Source: Acidobacteriota bacterium (GTDB taxonomy: Bacteria > Acidobacteriota > UBA6911). Taken from it: DNA of 64,000 nucleotides. Numbering within the stretch: the stretch's first letter is position 1; each line of letters begins with the position of its first letter. The DNA lies in the NCBI GenBank assembly GCA_963664705.1, contig OY761556.1, positions 2,240,001 through 2,304,000 on the forward strand, in the 5' to 3' direction. The notes under the pieces were generated by a model. The model did no database searches, was not told the DNA's origin, and was given only the letters and a program-made list of their open reading frames with translations. Made by a program: the position numbers and the translations under genes. Shown here piece after piece: positions 40,046 to 49,111 of the stretch.

Positions 40046-40866
40046 GACCGACTCCGGCGATAGGGGAAAAACAGCGTGCCGAGCCGAGCCCATAGCAGGT
40101 CCGCGACCCAGGCAATCACCGTAATAATAACGATAACAAGATAGACTCTCCCGGACATTGCCCGGCGCCGGGCCGTATCAATCAGGTCTCCCAGCCCGCC
40201 GCTTTTAACCACCACTTCGGCCAGCACCAGATAGGACCAGCCGATGCCGAATGCCAGCCGCATGGAATGCCAGATATCCGGAAGCGCCACCGGGACAAGA
40301 ACTCTCCGGATAAGCTGCCATCGCGTGGCACCCAGCGTATACGCGGTTCGAAGATAGATTTCCGGCACCGAGTCTATAGCCCGAACAATCATCGGAAGGA
40401 GAAAGATACAAAATGCCAGAGCAAGAAAGACAACTTTCTGACTTTCATCCAGGCCGAACCAAGACATTGTCAGCGGCACGAGAGTTGCGATCGGAATATA
40501 GCCGCTCGCGGTAACGACGGGGGCCATTATGGATCGGGCACTGCCAAAGGAACCCATCAGGATCCCGATCGGAAGCGCCACAGCAAGCCCGAGCAGGAAG
40601 CCGAACGCCACGCGACGCAGGCTCAGCCCGACATGGTCGAGCAACCCTCGGTTATCCTGATCGCTCGAAGACAGAAGGTCGCCCAGGCTCTGCACCACTT
40701 CCGATGGGCTGGGAAGAATGGTGGGCCCGAGGATTCGCTCCTCCGGCATTCCCCGGGTGAGCATCCACCAGAAGACGACGAGCAGGATGATAGGGATGAA
40801 TCCCAGCATTATCGAAACAGATGAAGGCACCTGTCCCCGAATTTCCGAAAACCATTTAGGAATCAT
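40042..40866 (-). CDS. ABC transporter permease (SsuC/TauC family)
   Basis: LPSPSEV, SLRRVAFG, TAYTLGA (EAA-like), W..LVLAE....GGLG. Confidence 0.9.
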   Translation of the reverse strand: MIPKWFSEIRGQVPSSVSIMLGFIPIILLVVFWWMLTRGMPEERILGPTILPSPSEVVQSLGDLLSSSDQDNRGLLDHVGLSLRRVAFGFLLGLAVALPIGILMGSFGSARSIMAPVVTASGYIPIATLVPLTMSWFGLDESQKVVFLALAFCIFLLPMIVRAIDSVPEIYLRTAYTLGATRWQLIRRVLVPVALPDIWHSMRLAFGIGWSYLVLAEVVVKSGGLGDLIDTARRRAMSGRVYLVIVIITVIAWVADLLWARLGTLFFPYRRSRS

Positions 40867-40872
40867 GGTTTG

Positions 40873-40914
40873 ACATTAAGCAAGTTAAACGGTTCTGTCA
40901 ATTGACGATTGACA
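40873..40914 (-). promoter_or_regulatory. near-consensus sigma70 promoter, probably leaderless, overlapped by an inverted repeat
   Basis: TTGACA (40901-40896), 17 nt, TAATGT (40878-40873), ATG 6 nt later, no SD; TGTCAAT-N5-ATTGACA at 40896-40914. Confidence 0.6.
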
Positions 40915-41280
40915 AAACTGAGAGCTCGATAATCCGATCGGGCGGGCGGCGCCCCCATATCATCTCCGATCAAACACTGGATTACAGTAGAGCCGGTAGG
41001 ATAGTTCCGGCCAATATCCGTTTCTTGAGAGGCCTTGTCGCTTGAATTTGACCCGGCGGAATCCAGTGCGCGAGCAGGATGCTCCCGATCCTACCGTGGT
41101 AAGCGGCCGTGAATTTTCGCGAATTGATGCACTGGAATCGCCGGCAAGAGCGCAGCAACTTCCATGACAGATCTGTCCGCCTGTTCCGTTTTGGTGGACA
41201 AAAGATGCCGTCAAAATTTACAGTGTACAATTGAATCCTGATTGGAGCCGTTATTCCATCGCAAATATCCGGGAGGTCCT

Positions 41281-41922
41281 ATGAAACAAATCCGCACTTC
41301 TCTTTGCCTCGGCGCTTTTCTGCTGGCAAGTACTCTTTGCGCCATGGCGCAGGACATCATCAAGCTCCCCGCTCCGAAAACAGAGGGGGGCATGCCACTG
41401 ATGCAGGCTTTGAAGGAACGCCAATCACGTCGGGAATTCAGTACGCAGAAACTGCCGCTCCCGGTTCTTTCCAACCTGCTGTGGGCAGCCTGGGGTGTAA
41501 ATCGCCCGGATGGGCATCGCACCGCGCCATCTGCCCGGAATTCCCAGGAAATGGACGTTTATGTTGCGATGAGCGACGGGCTTTTTCTCTATGAGCCCAA
41601 AGAGCATCAACTGAAAAAGATATTGAGCGAGGATATCCGTGCGGCGACCGGCGTGAACGATTATGTCAAAGATGCCGCACTCAACCTGGTATACGTTGCA
41701 GACCTTACGCGTGGGAATCTGAAGGAACCGGATGCAATCGAATTCTATTCAGGAGCGGATACTTCCTTTCTTGCGCAAAATGTCTATCTGTTCTGCGCAT
41801 CCGAAGGCCTCTCCGTGGTAGTGCGAGGCGCCATTGATCGGCCGGCACTGGCCAAGAAGATGAAACTCCGGCCGGATCAGAAGATCACGCTGTCGCAATC
41901 GGTCGGCTACCCCAAGAAGTAA
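41281..41922 (+). CDS. nitroreductase family (SagB/ThcOx-like) protein with signal peptide
   Basis: Signal ..AMA|QD; LKERQSRREF, LSNLLWAAWG, RTAPSA, AQNVYL, QSVGYP. Confidence 0.88.
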   Translation: MKQIRTSLCLGAFLLASTLCAMAQDIIKLPAPKTEGGMPLMQALKERQSRREFSTQKLPLPVLSNLLWAAWGVNRPDGHRTAPSARNSQEMDVYVAMSDGLFLYEPKEHQLKKILSEDIRAATGVNDYVKDAALNLVYVADLTRGNLKEPDAIEFYSGADTSFLAQNVYLFCASEGLSVVVRGAIDRPALAKKMKLRPDQKITLSQSVGYPKK

Positions 41923-41926
41923 TCGG

Positions 41927-41966
41927 GCGGGAGGGTCGCGGTCCATATATCCCGTGGCCCTCCCGC
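41927..41966. terminator. GC-rich hairpin between convergent genes
   Basis: GCGGGAGGGTCGCGG ... CCGTGGCCCTCCCGC. Confidence 0.6.
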
Positions 41967-41999
41967 AATTCGATTTTCTCAACGGTCTCAAACTGGCGA

Positions 42000-42725
42000 T
42001 TACGGCTCATCGCCAGGTACCATGGCATTGCAGCGGTGAGCACTGGCTCCCAGCTCAAAAATGCGGACCAACACCGTCTCCACCATTCGATTGCAGCGCG
42101 GCTTTTCAAAGCTGTATACCTGCTGCCGCGTGATGCCGGCGCGGGCGTACAGGTCTTTTCTCATCAAAGCCCGCGCACGATGCAGCCTGGTTTTGACCGA
42201 TTCCTCGGAAATGGAGAGACACTCGGCTGTTTCTGCGGTGTCCAGGCCTTCCACCTCCCTCAATACAAAGACGCTCCGGTAGTGTTCCGGCAAATCGTCT
42301 ACGGCTGTCTCGAGCAGATTTTTGAGTTCATCGTTGAGAGCCTCCTTTTCAGGAGATTTATCTGCTGTGCCGAGCATACGTTTTCCTTTCTCCGACTCGG
42401 CGAATGTTTCTATATCGACAAACCGGGATCGCCGTCGAAGCCGGGCAAGAGCTTCGTGGACCGCAATGCGCGTCAGCCATGTCGAAAATTTTGACTTACC
42501 CGCAAATTGAGCCAGATGCGTATAAGCGAGAAAATAGGTTTCCTGCATGACCTGCTCGGCCTCCATCTCGTCGTGGATAATGGCACGCGCAGTGCGGTAC
42601 AGGCGCTGGTTGTATCGGCGCATGATGATTTCAAACATCTCGGTCTGACCGGCCAGAACCTTTTCGAGGACCTCGGAATCCGTCATAGAAGAGTTAATGG
42701 ATTCGCCCAGCATCGCATTGGACAT
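42000..42725 (-). CDS. ECF sigma factor with C-terminal RC motif (ECF29-like)
   Basis: EAEQVMQE, FSTWLTRIAVHEA, LPEHYRSVFVLREVEGL, VKTRLHRAR; extension FEKPRCNRMVETV. Confidence 0.88.
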   Translation of the reverse strand: MSNAMLGESINSSMTDSEVLEKVLAGQTEMFEIIMRRYNQRLYRTARAIIHDEMEAEQVMQETYFLAYTHLAQFAGKSKFSTWLTRIAVHEALARLRRRSRFVDIETFAESEKGKRMLGTADKSPEKEALNDELKNLLETAVDDLPEHYRSVFVLREVEGLDTAETAECLSISEESVKTRLHRARALMRKDLYARAGITRQQVYSFEKPRCNRMVETVLVRIFELGASAHRCNAMVPGDEP

Positions 42726-42766
42726 GTTTCACCTTCCCTGCCTATTGGAGCAGTCTCCTGAAAAAA

Positions 42767-42792
42767 GGTTACAGCGATTTGCTGCTGTAACC
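42767..42792. promoter_or_regulatory. back-to-back TGTAACC elements, candidate divergent ECF -35 boxes
   Basis: GGTTACAGC-N8-GCTGTAACC inverted repeat between the ECF sigma and DoxX-like genes. Confidence 0.55.
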
Positions 42793-42831
42793 AAATACCG
42801 CCGGGTTTCTCTGTTTCAGCGGAGGTGGAAA

Positions 42832-43278
42832 ATGAATCGTTTCGAAACCAAAATGACTGCAGCCTGGTGGGCATTGCGCATCGGATTGGGCTCTGCCGCA
42901 TTCCTCGCCGGATTGGACAAGTTCTTCAACCTGCTGGCCAACTGGGAGGCCTATCTGAGCCCCCTGGCCATAAAAATGCTGCCGGTCAGCGGTGCGGTAT
43001 TCATGCACGCGGTCGGTATTATTGAAATGGCCGTGGGACTTTTGATCCTGACTCGTTGGACCAGGACAGGAAGCTATGTCGCAATGATTTGGCTTTCGGC
43101 AATTGCGCTAAATCTGCTGACAACCGGCAGATACTTTGACATCGCGGTTCGGGATCTGGAGATGGCCATCGCCGCATTTACACTCGGCCGTCTGACTGAA
43201 GCGCTCCGTCCGGCGGAAGCTGCGGACCCTGGAGTGACGAGAATCCCGGACGTCCCCGGTCATCATGCGAGAGCATAA
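42832..43278 (+). CDS. DoxX-like membrane protein
   Basis: AGLDKFFNLLANWEAYL, VGIIEMAVG, YFDIAVRD; four hydrophobic segments. Confidence 0.78.
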   Translation: MNRFETKMTAAWWALRIGLGSAAFLAGLDKFFNLLANWEAYLSPLAIKMLPVSGAVFMHAVGIIEMAVGLLILTRWTRTGSYVAMIWLSAIALNLLTTGRYFDIAVRDLEMAIAAFTLGRLTEALRPAEAADPGVTRIPDVPGHHARA

Positions 43279-43440
43279 TCTACTGGGAGCGCCCGTCCCG
43301 GCGGTATCAGCGGCCATGGAAATAGCCGCGCGCTTGCCGGCGAGGCGCTGGCGCTCCCTGAGGTCCCGGCACCATATTGCGCTTCATCGCCAATCCAAAT
43401 GTCTATTCCTATTTTCTCCAGGTCACGCCATAATGGATGA

Positions 43441-44286
43441 ATGTTTAGAAGACAGAAAAGCGGTTCGGTTCTTTGCCCATCCTGTGGAAAATTGGTCGGA
43501 GTCCAGGATGATATATGCCTGAATTGCGGACGAAAAAATCCCGGATTATGGGGATTCGGCTCGGCAATTCGGCATCTGGGGAATTTTGGATTCTCATCGG
43601 TTGTAACCTGGGGATGCGCCATCCTGTACCTTGCCACGCTGATCATTGACCCGCGCGGTATTGGGATGAATGGGATGTCGATTCTCTCCCCCAGCAGCCG
43701 CAGCGTTTTGCTGTTTGGGGCCAGCGGCGCCATTCCGGTCTTTGTATTGGGCCGCTGGTGGACGGTCCTCAGCGCGGCGTGGCTCCACGGGAACCTGCTG
43801 CATGTGTTCTTCAACATGCTCTGGATACGGCAACTTGCACCGGCGGCTTCGGATTTGTACGGATCATCACGCACCGTCATCATCTATACGGCAGCCTCTA
43901 TTACTGGTTTTTTCCTAAGCAGTTGGGCCGGATATGTTTTCGCCGGGTCCCCGCTTTTCTTCCTGAGGGGGGCGGCGATTACCATTGGGGCATCCGCACC
44001 GATTTTCGGGCTGCTCGGAGCCCTGGTGGCATATGGGCGACGCACCGGCAGCAGTCATATCGGCGGCCAGGCCATGTACTATGCCGTGATCCTTTTCGTC
44101 TTCGGATTCATCATGCCGAACGTTGATAACTACGCCCACCTCGGGGGATTCCTGGGTGGCTATGGAACCGCATGGTTACTGGATCCGCTGCGTCCCGAAC
44201 GCGTGAATCACATGGTCATTGCCGGGTTGTGTATTGCAGCCACAGCGCTCTCGGTAATTGCGTCCGTGGTAATGGCCTATGTATAA
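43441..44286 (+). CDS. rhomboid intramembrane serine protease with N-terminal zinc ribbon
   Basis: CPSC...CLNC; HGNLLHVFFNM, GASA, AHLGGFLGG. Confidence 0.9.
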   Translation: MFRRQKSGSVLCPSCGKLVGVQDDICLNCGRKNPGLWGFGSAIRHLGNFGFSSVVTWGCAILYLATLIIDPRGIGMNGMSILSPSSRSVLLFGASGAIPVFVLGRWWTVLSAAWLHGNLLHVFFNMLWIRQLAPAASDLYGSSRTVIIYTAASITGFFLSSWAGYVFAGSPLFFLRGAAITIGASAPIFGLLGALVAYGRRTGSSHIGGQAMYYAVILFVFGFIMPNVDNYAHLGGFLGGYGTAWLLDPLRPERVNHMVIAGLCIAATALSVIASVVMAYV

Positions 44287-44331
44287 TTCGGTTTTCTGTG
44301 GATTTTGGAGAGAGGGTTAGCGCTTTTCCGG

Positions 44332-45369
44332 CTAGCCGCCGAGACTGATCATCTCAATCTTTCTGCGCGACCCGGGTTGGTATTCCCCGGAATTCATGGC
44401 TTCGAGTCTTTCCTCGGAATATCGATTTGTCCTCGCCTGCCAGGCCGAGCGTATCGCTTCCACCAGATCCTCATCCGAGGCGCCTGACCGCATCATTTTC
44501 TTCAGGTCATGGCTTTGATCGGCAAAGAGGCACAATACCAGCTTTCCATCGGCGGTCAACCGGGCGCGCGTGCATCCGCGGCAGAAGGGCTCGGTTATGG
44601 ATGCAATCACCCCAACGTTCCCCGCTCCATCCAGGAATCGATAATTGACAGCCGGCGCGCTCATATCGTTTCGCCCGGCCTCTTCAATTGGAAATTTAGC
44701 GTGGATCCGGTCAATGATCTCCTTCTTGGAAACCATTCTCTCCGATACCCAGTTGTTTGAATTCCCCACATCCATATATTCGATGAACCGGACCGAATAG
44801 CCGTTGTTGCGGGAGAAATCAACCATATCAATGATATCCGACTCATTGATTCCGCGCTCGACCACAGAGTTGATCTTTATCGGCCTCAGGCCGTGGAGCG
44901 CTGCGGCGGAGAGTCCTTCGAGAACATTGGCCAGATCGTCGCGGCGGGTCATCATGCGGAATTTGTCCGGGTTGATCGTATCCAAGCTGACGTTGATCCG
45001 CTGCAATCCAGCCTGCGCCAGCAGGGCTGCCTTTTCCTTCAGCAGGGATGCGTTCGTGGTCAGGGAAAGATCCTTGAGCCCGTCCAGTTGGGCCAGTTGG
45101 GCGATCAGGTTCTCCACGCCATGGCGCAGCAGCGGTTCACCGCCGGTAATTCGTATTTCCTCAACGCCAAGCCGGACAAACAGATTAGCCAGACGCGTAA
45201 TCTCTTCAAATGAAAGGATTTCTTTCCGGTCGATCCATTCGTACTGGTCCAGTGGCATGCAATAGCGACAGCGGAAGTTGCAGCGGTCCGTTACTGAAAT
45301 GCGTAGATCCTTTACGGGACGATCCAGCGCATCCCTTAATCCTGCCCTCGCCCCGTCCGGATGTTCCAT
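44332..45369 (-). CDS. moaA: GTP 3',8-cyclase
   Basis: LRISVTDRCNFRCRYCMP, RITGGEPLLR, FCRGCTRARLTADGKL..CLF, terminal MISLGG. Confidence 0.95.
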   Translation of the reverse strand: MEHPDGARAGLRDALDRPVKDLRISVTDRCNFRCRYCMPLDQYEWIDRKEILSFEEITRLANLFVRLGVEEIRITGGEPLLRHGVENLIAQLAQLDGLKDLSLTTNASLLKEKAALLAQAGLQRINVSLDTINPDKFRMMTRRDDLANVLEGLSAAALHGLRPIKINSVVERGINESDIIDMVDFSRNNGYSVRFIEYMDVGNSNNWVSERMVSKKEIIDRIHAKFPIEEAGRNDMSAPAVNYRFLDGAGNVGVIASITEPFCRGCTRARLTADGKLVLCLFADQSHDLKKMMRSGASDEDLVEAIRSAWQARTNRYSEERLEAMNSGEYQPGSRRKIEMISLGG

Positions 45370-45588
45370 CTACTTCACAACCTCGCCATGCTTCTATTCA
45401 CTGGACCCATCATAACATAGGCATCGTAGGCTGTCAGCCAGTTCGAGATGCCCGGTTGGGAGCCTCTCTGCCCGGAACCCTCTGCCGCGGCGTTTTGAAC
45501 TCAAACATGACCGGCAGGCCAAAATTTGCATTCACGCGAGCTTTATTTTGTAATTCCGCATCTCTTCTTCTATTATCATGCGTCATTT

Positions 45589-46290
45589 ATGAACTTCAGG
45601 TTTAAGGGATATCTTAAGGAAACACGACGGCCCATTTACTCGGCGGCTTTGATCCTGCCATTCCTGTGCGTATACCATGTTGGCACGGTTCTGCTCCATA
45701 CCACCTATATCAACGGCGCGGATGCACTGATCATCCGGATCCTCAGCTCGTTGTCCGTTCACTCTATGTTCGGATCAGCGCTGGTTCTGGCTGTTTCCTT
45801 TACAATCTGGCAATTGAAGACCCGGGCAAGCTGGAAGGTTAAATCGGGAATCCTGCTGGTTTCGCTTCTGGAAAGCCTCTGTTTTGCCCTGATCCTGCTG
45901 TTTTCGTTTGGCTGGATGACCACACATTTAAGCATGTCCGCAGCCCCACGCAAATCCGGGCTGGCCAATCTGGTCTTGTACTGCGGAGCCGGCGTATATG
46001 AAGAGCTTGTTTTCAGAGCCTTTCTCTTGGGAATACTTATCGCGGGTTTCATGTTTTTCTTCCAGGTCAAACGACCTGTGGCCGCGACCTGTGCCGCAAT
46101 CATGGGTGCGCTGCTTTTTGCACTTTTTCACTATATAGGGCCCTCGGGCGATTCTTTTACGCTCAGCAGTTTTACACAGCGGACCATTGCCGGGCTGTTT
46201 TTCTCCGTTCTGTATGTCACGAGGGGCTTCGGCATAACGGCTGCCTCCCACGCCATCTATGACATTCTGGTCGGAATCATTCTTGCCTGA
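45589..46290 (+). CDS. CPBP (Abi/CAAX) intramembrane metalloprotease
   Basis: YEELVFR, FALFH, SHAIYD. Confidence 0.85.
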   Translation: MNFRFKGYLKETRRPIYSAALILPFLCVYHVGTVLLHTTYINGADALIIRILSSLSVHSMFGSALVLAVSFTIWQLKTRASWKVKSGILLVSLLESLCFALILLFSFGWMTTHLSMSAAPRKSGLANLVLYCGAGVYEELVFRAFLLGILIAGFMFFFQVKRPVAATCAAIMGALLFALFHYIGPSGDSFTLSSFTQRTIAGLFFSVLYVTRGFGITAASHAIYDILVGIILA

Positions 46291-46313
46291 TCGATTGAGT
46301 CAAAAGGATTTCT

Positions 46314-46985
46314 ATGTCTCCTGTAATCACGCACATCATCTATGATAATGACGGCCTCCTTCTCGATACGGAGCCCTTTTATACCAAAGCCCATGAGATC
46401 ATCTGCTCCAGGTATGGAAAGGTCTTTGACTGGACGATAAAGGCGAAAATGATCGGGCTGCGCGCCGAGGATTCTGCAAACATACTGATTACTTCCCTGC
46501 AATTGCCTCTGTCGGTCCCGGATTACCTTGAAACCCGCAAGCATCTCCTCGCGGAGATGTTTCCTCAATCCGACGCCTTGCCCGGAGCCGAAAAACTGAC
46601 CCGGCACTTGCACCATGCCGGCATTCCTCAGGCAGTGGCCACCAGTTCAGACCGGTTTAATTTTGATTTGAAAATCACGCGTCACCAGGAGTGGTTCCGC
46701 ATATTTCAGCTCGTCGTCACCGGGGATGACCCGGAAATCAAACGGGGCAAACCAGACCCGGATATCTTTCTTTTGGCTGCCGAACGGATGAAAGCCACTC
46801 CGGCCCGGTGCCTGGTGTTTGAGGATTCGCCGGCAGGTATCGATGCGGCAAAGGCGGCCGGCATGTTTGCCGTGGCTGTGCCGGATCCACATATGGCCGA
46901 CAGTGCCTACCCGCATGCGGACCAGTTGATCCGCGACTTGAATGACATCGATCTCGCTTCCTGGGGATTGCCGATATTCGAATGA
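46314..46985 (+). CDS. HAD phosphatase (pseudouridine-5'-phosphatase/HDHD1-like)
   Basis: DNDGLLLDTE, VATSS, GKPDPDIF, FEDSPAG. Confidence 0.88.
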   Translation: MSPVITHIIYDNDGLLLDTEPFYTKAHEIICSRYGKVFDWTIKAKMIGLRAEDSANILITSLQLPLSVPDYLETRKHLLAEMFPQSDALPGAEKLTRHLHHAGIPQAVATSSDRFNFDLKITRHQEWFRIFQLVVTGDDPEIKRGKPDPDIFLLAAERMKATPARCLVFEDSPAGIDAAKAAGMFAVAVPDPHMADSAYPHADQLIRDLNDIDLASWGLPIFE

Positions 46986-47008
46986 CGAATCGCGAATGGC
47001 GTGGTTTG

Positions 47009-47431
47009 CTATTCGCCGATGAGTTTGATCATGATGCGTTTTCTGCGGCCGCCGTCAAACTCGCCGTAAAAGATCTGCTCCCATGGTCCGAAATCCAATT
47101 TGCCATTGGTGATGGCGACGACGACCTCGCGACCCATGATCTGCCTTTTGTGATGAGCGTCGCCGTTGTCTTCGCCGGTTCGGTTGTGATGGTATCGCTG
47201 CGGGCTGGGATCAAAAGGAGCCAGGGCTTCAAGCCAGCGAGCATAATCTTCATGCAGTCCAGGCTCATCGTCATTGATGAAAACGCTTGCCGTAATATGC
47301 ATTGCATTGACAAGTGCCAGGCCCTCCTTGATGCCGCTGTCCCGGAGCGCCTCCTGCACATGTCCCGTGATATTTAAAAACGCCATGCGCGTAGGCAGGT
47401 TGACCTCGATCACTTTGCGATAACTCTTCAT
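47009..47431 (-). CDS. YjbQ/UPF0047 family protein
   Basis: [35 protein letters not shown]. Confidence 0.9.
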   Translation of the reverse strand: MKSYRKVIEVNLPTRMAFLNITGHVQEALRDSGIKEGLALVNAMHITASVFINDDEPGLHEDYARWLEALAPFDPSPQRYHHNRTGEDNGDAHHKRQIMGREVVVAITNGKLDFGPWEQIFYGEFDGGRRKRIMIKLIGE

Positions 47432-47513
47432 TTTCCACCTCGCTGCAAAAACCAGACGGTCTCCATTATAGCGGGCCTGTAGTAAAAAAAATCGGAAGCT
47501 TTGTGCCATTCGT

Positions 47514-47572
47514 GGCAATTGGTGGCTGCTTTTTGGCGACGAAGCTAAAGCAAGCCTGCAATCCGCTCCGCG
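47514..47572. repeat. left copy of perfect 59-bp direct repeat
   Basis: GGCAATTGGTGGCTGC...CAATCCGCTCCGCG identical to 49112-49170. Confidence 0.95.
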
Positions 47573-49111
47573 AGAAAATCTGGAAAAATCTGAAAAAATC
47601 TGGACACCCACAAAAAATCTGGACACCCACTATTTTTGAATATTTCTTCGCTCAATTCCCATGGTTCGCCATTAGTAACTATGCAAGGAGGCAAACCATG
47701 GGATTGGCAAGAAACAACTATGTCATCGAAGGGGAGGAAGGTGTTTATCACTGCATCAGCCGATGCGTCCGCAGAGCTTATCTTTGCGGATATGACCCGC
47801 TTAGCGGCCGGGACTTCTCCCATCGAAAAAAATGGATTCTCGATCGCTTGAAACATCTTGCCGGCATCTTCGCCATCGACGTATGCGCTTACGCCATCAT
47901 GGAAAACCACGTGCATTCCATCTTGCGCACTCGACCCGACATTCTTCGCTCCTGGTCTGATTCCGATGTCGCCGCTCGCTGGCTTGAGCTCTGCCCCAGG
48001 AAACCTCGCATCTGCAAACAACCCATTCCTTCTCTAGATAAACAGATCCAGGCATTAATCGATTGTCCGGAACGTATTGCTGTTCTGCGCAAGCGGCTGG
48101 GCAGCCTGAGTTGGTTCATGTCCAAATTCAATGAATTCATCGCGCGTAAGGCCAACAACGAAGACAAGGTCAAGCGCCGCTTCTGGGAATCCCGCTTCAA
48201 ATGCCAGGCACTCCTGGATCTCTTCGCTATTGTAGCCTGCATGGTCTATGTTGATCTGAATCTGGTCCGGACCGGCATTGCTCCCACTCCCGAGGACAGT
48301 GACTTCACTAGCATCCAGGAGCGTATCCGCGCCTGGCATTGCCAAACCTTAGCCCAGCAACCGGCCTCTCAACCCGGTGATTCGGATCCGGCTTCCGATC
48401 ACTCTCCTCTCGAAACCGCTTCCGACAGCTGGCTTTCTCCTATTCAGTCAACCCCCAGCCGACGGGGCATTCTCGACATAACCGCAGCTGAATATTTTGA
48501 TCTGGTCGACCAATCGGGACGCATGATTCGCTCTGATAAGCCCGGCTTCATCGACGCCCGCCTTGCCCCTATCCTGAATCGCATCGGAGCCGTTCCCAAG
48601 GGATGGAGGGAAAGCGTATCGCATTTTGGTTCCACATTCCTGCTAGCCGCCGGCAGTCTGACTCACATGCGTGAATTCGCGGCCCGGTTCAACCGACATT
48701 GGTTCAAGGGTTTGTCAGCCGCTCGAGCGGCTTTCATATAACCTTAAGGATAATCACATTCCAGATCAATAGGATCTGATCTAACCCAATCTACGCATCT
48801 CTTCTAGATTCCGTGATTCCTCCTCGCAATAATTTTGTCCGCCCGACTCCAGCAGAATAGCCAAGCCGGTCACAAGACCGTACTCCAACTTGTCGTAATG
48901 GTCCCTAAAGTGCCGGTCGCCCGATCGATGTCTTGCCTTCGTAGCAGGCTTAAGAACGGGGCAAGGGAAATAACGACGGATGTCCAAGTCTTCTCCCGGT
49001 TTTTCAGGTTTTTTTCGGCATGGGGGATCATGGGGAGCCAGGAATTCGATTTTGGGCAAATCATGGGTGTCCAGGTTTAGCCAGGTTTAGATGGGTGTCC
49101 AGGTTTAGGGC
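47573..49111 (+). mobile_element. 1539-bp HUH/Y1 transposase element with reiterated inverted termini
   Basis: Bounded by 59-bp direct repeats; CTGGACACCCA twice at left, TGGGTGTCCAG twice at right; single transposase gene. Confidence 0.85.
47698..48741 (+). CDS. Y1 (HUH) tyrosine transposase, long RAYT-like type
   Basis: YHCISRCVRRAYLCG, YAIMENHVH (HUH), FWESRFK, YVDLN; AAGGAGG RBS. Confidence 0.9.
   Translation: MGLARNNYVIEGEEGVYHCISRCVRRAYLCGYDPLSGRDFSHRKKWILDRLKHLAGIFAIDVCAYAIMENHVHSILRTRPDILRSWSDSDVAARWLELCPRKPRICKQPIPSLDKQIQALIDCPERIAVLRKRLGSLSWFMSKFNEFIARKANNEDKVKRRFWESRFKCQALLDLFAIVACMVYVDLNLVRTGIAPTPEDSDFTSIQERIRAWHCQTLAQQPASQPGDSDPASDHSPLETASDSWLSPIQSTPSRRGILDITAAEYFDLVDQSGRMIRSDKPGFIDARLAPILNRIGAVPKGWRESVSHFGSTFLLAAGSLTHMREFAARFNRHWFKGLSAARAAFI

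Noticed and set aside
45390-45530. Moco or c-di-GMP riboswitch upstream of moaA
   Set aside because: A hairpin (GGCATC...GATGCC) is present but consensus elements could not be matched; needs an Rfam scan.
47503-47697. Longer 412-aa transposase start
   Set aside because: The extension runs through the direct repeat and terminal repeats; ATG 47698 has a strong AAGGAGG.
48781-49080. Small passenger ORFs in the element
   Set aside because: Overlapping ORFs on both strands with no recognisable motifs.
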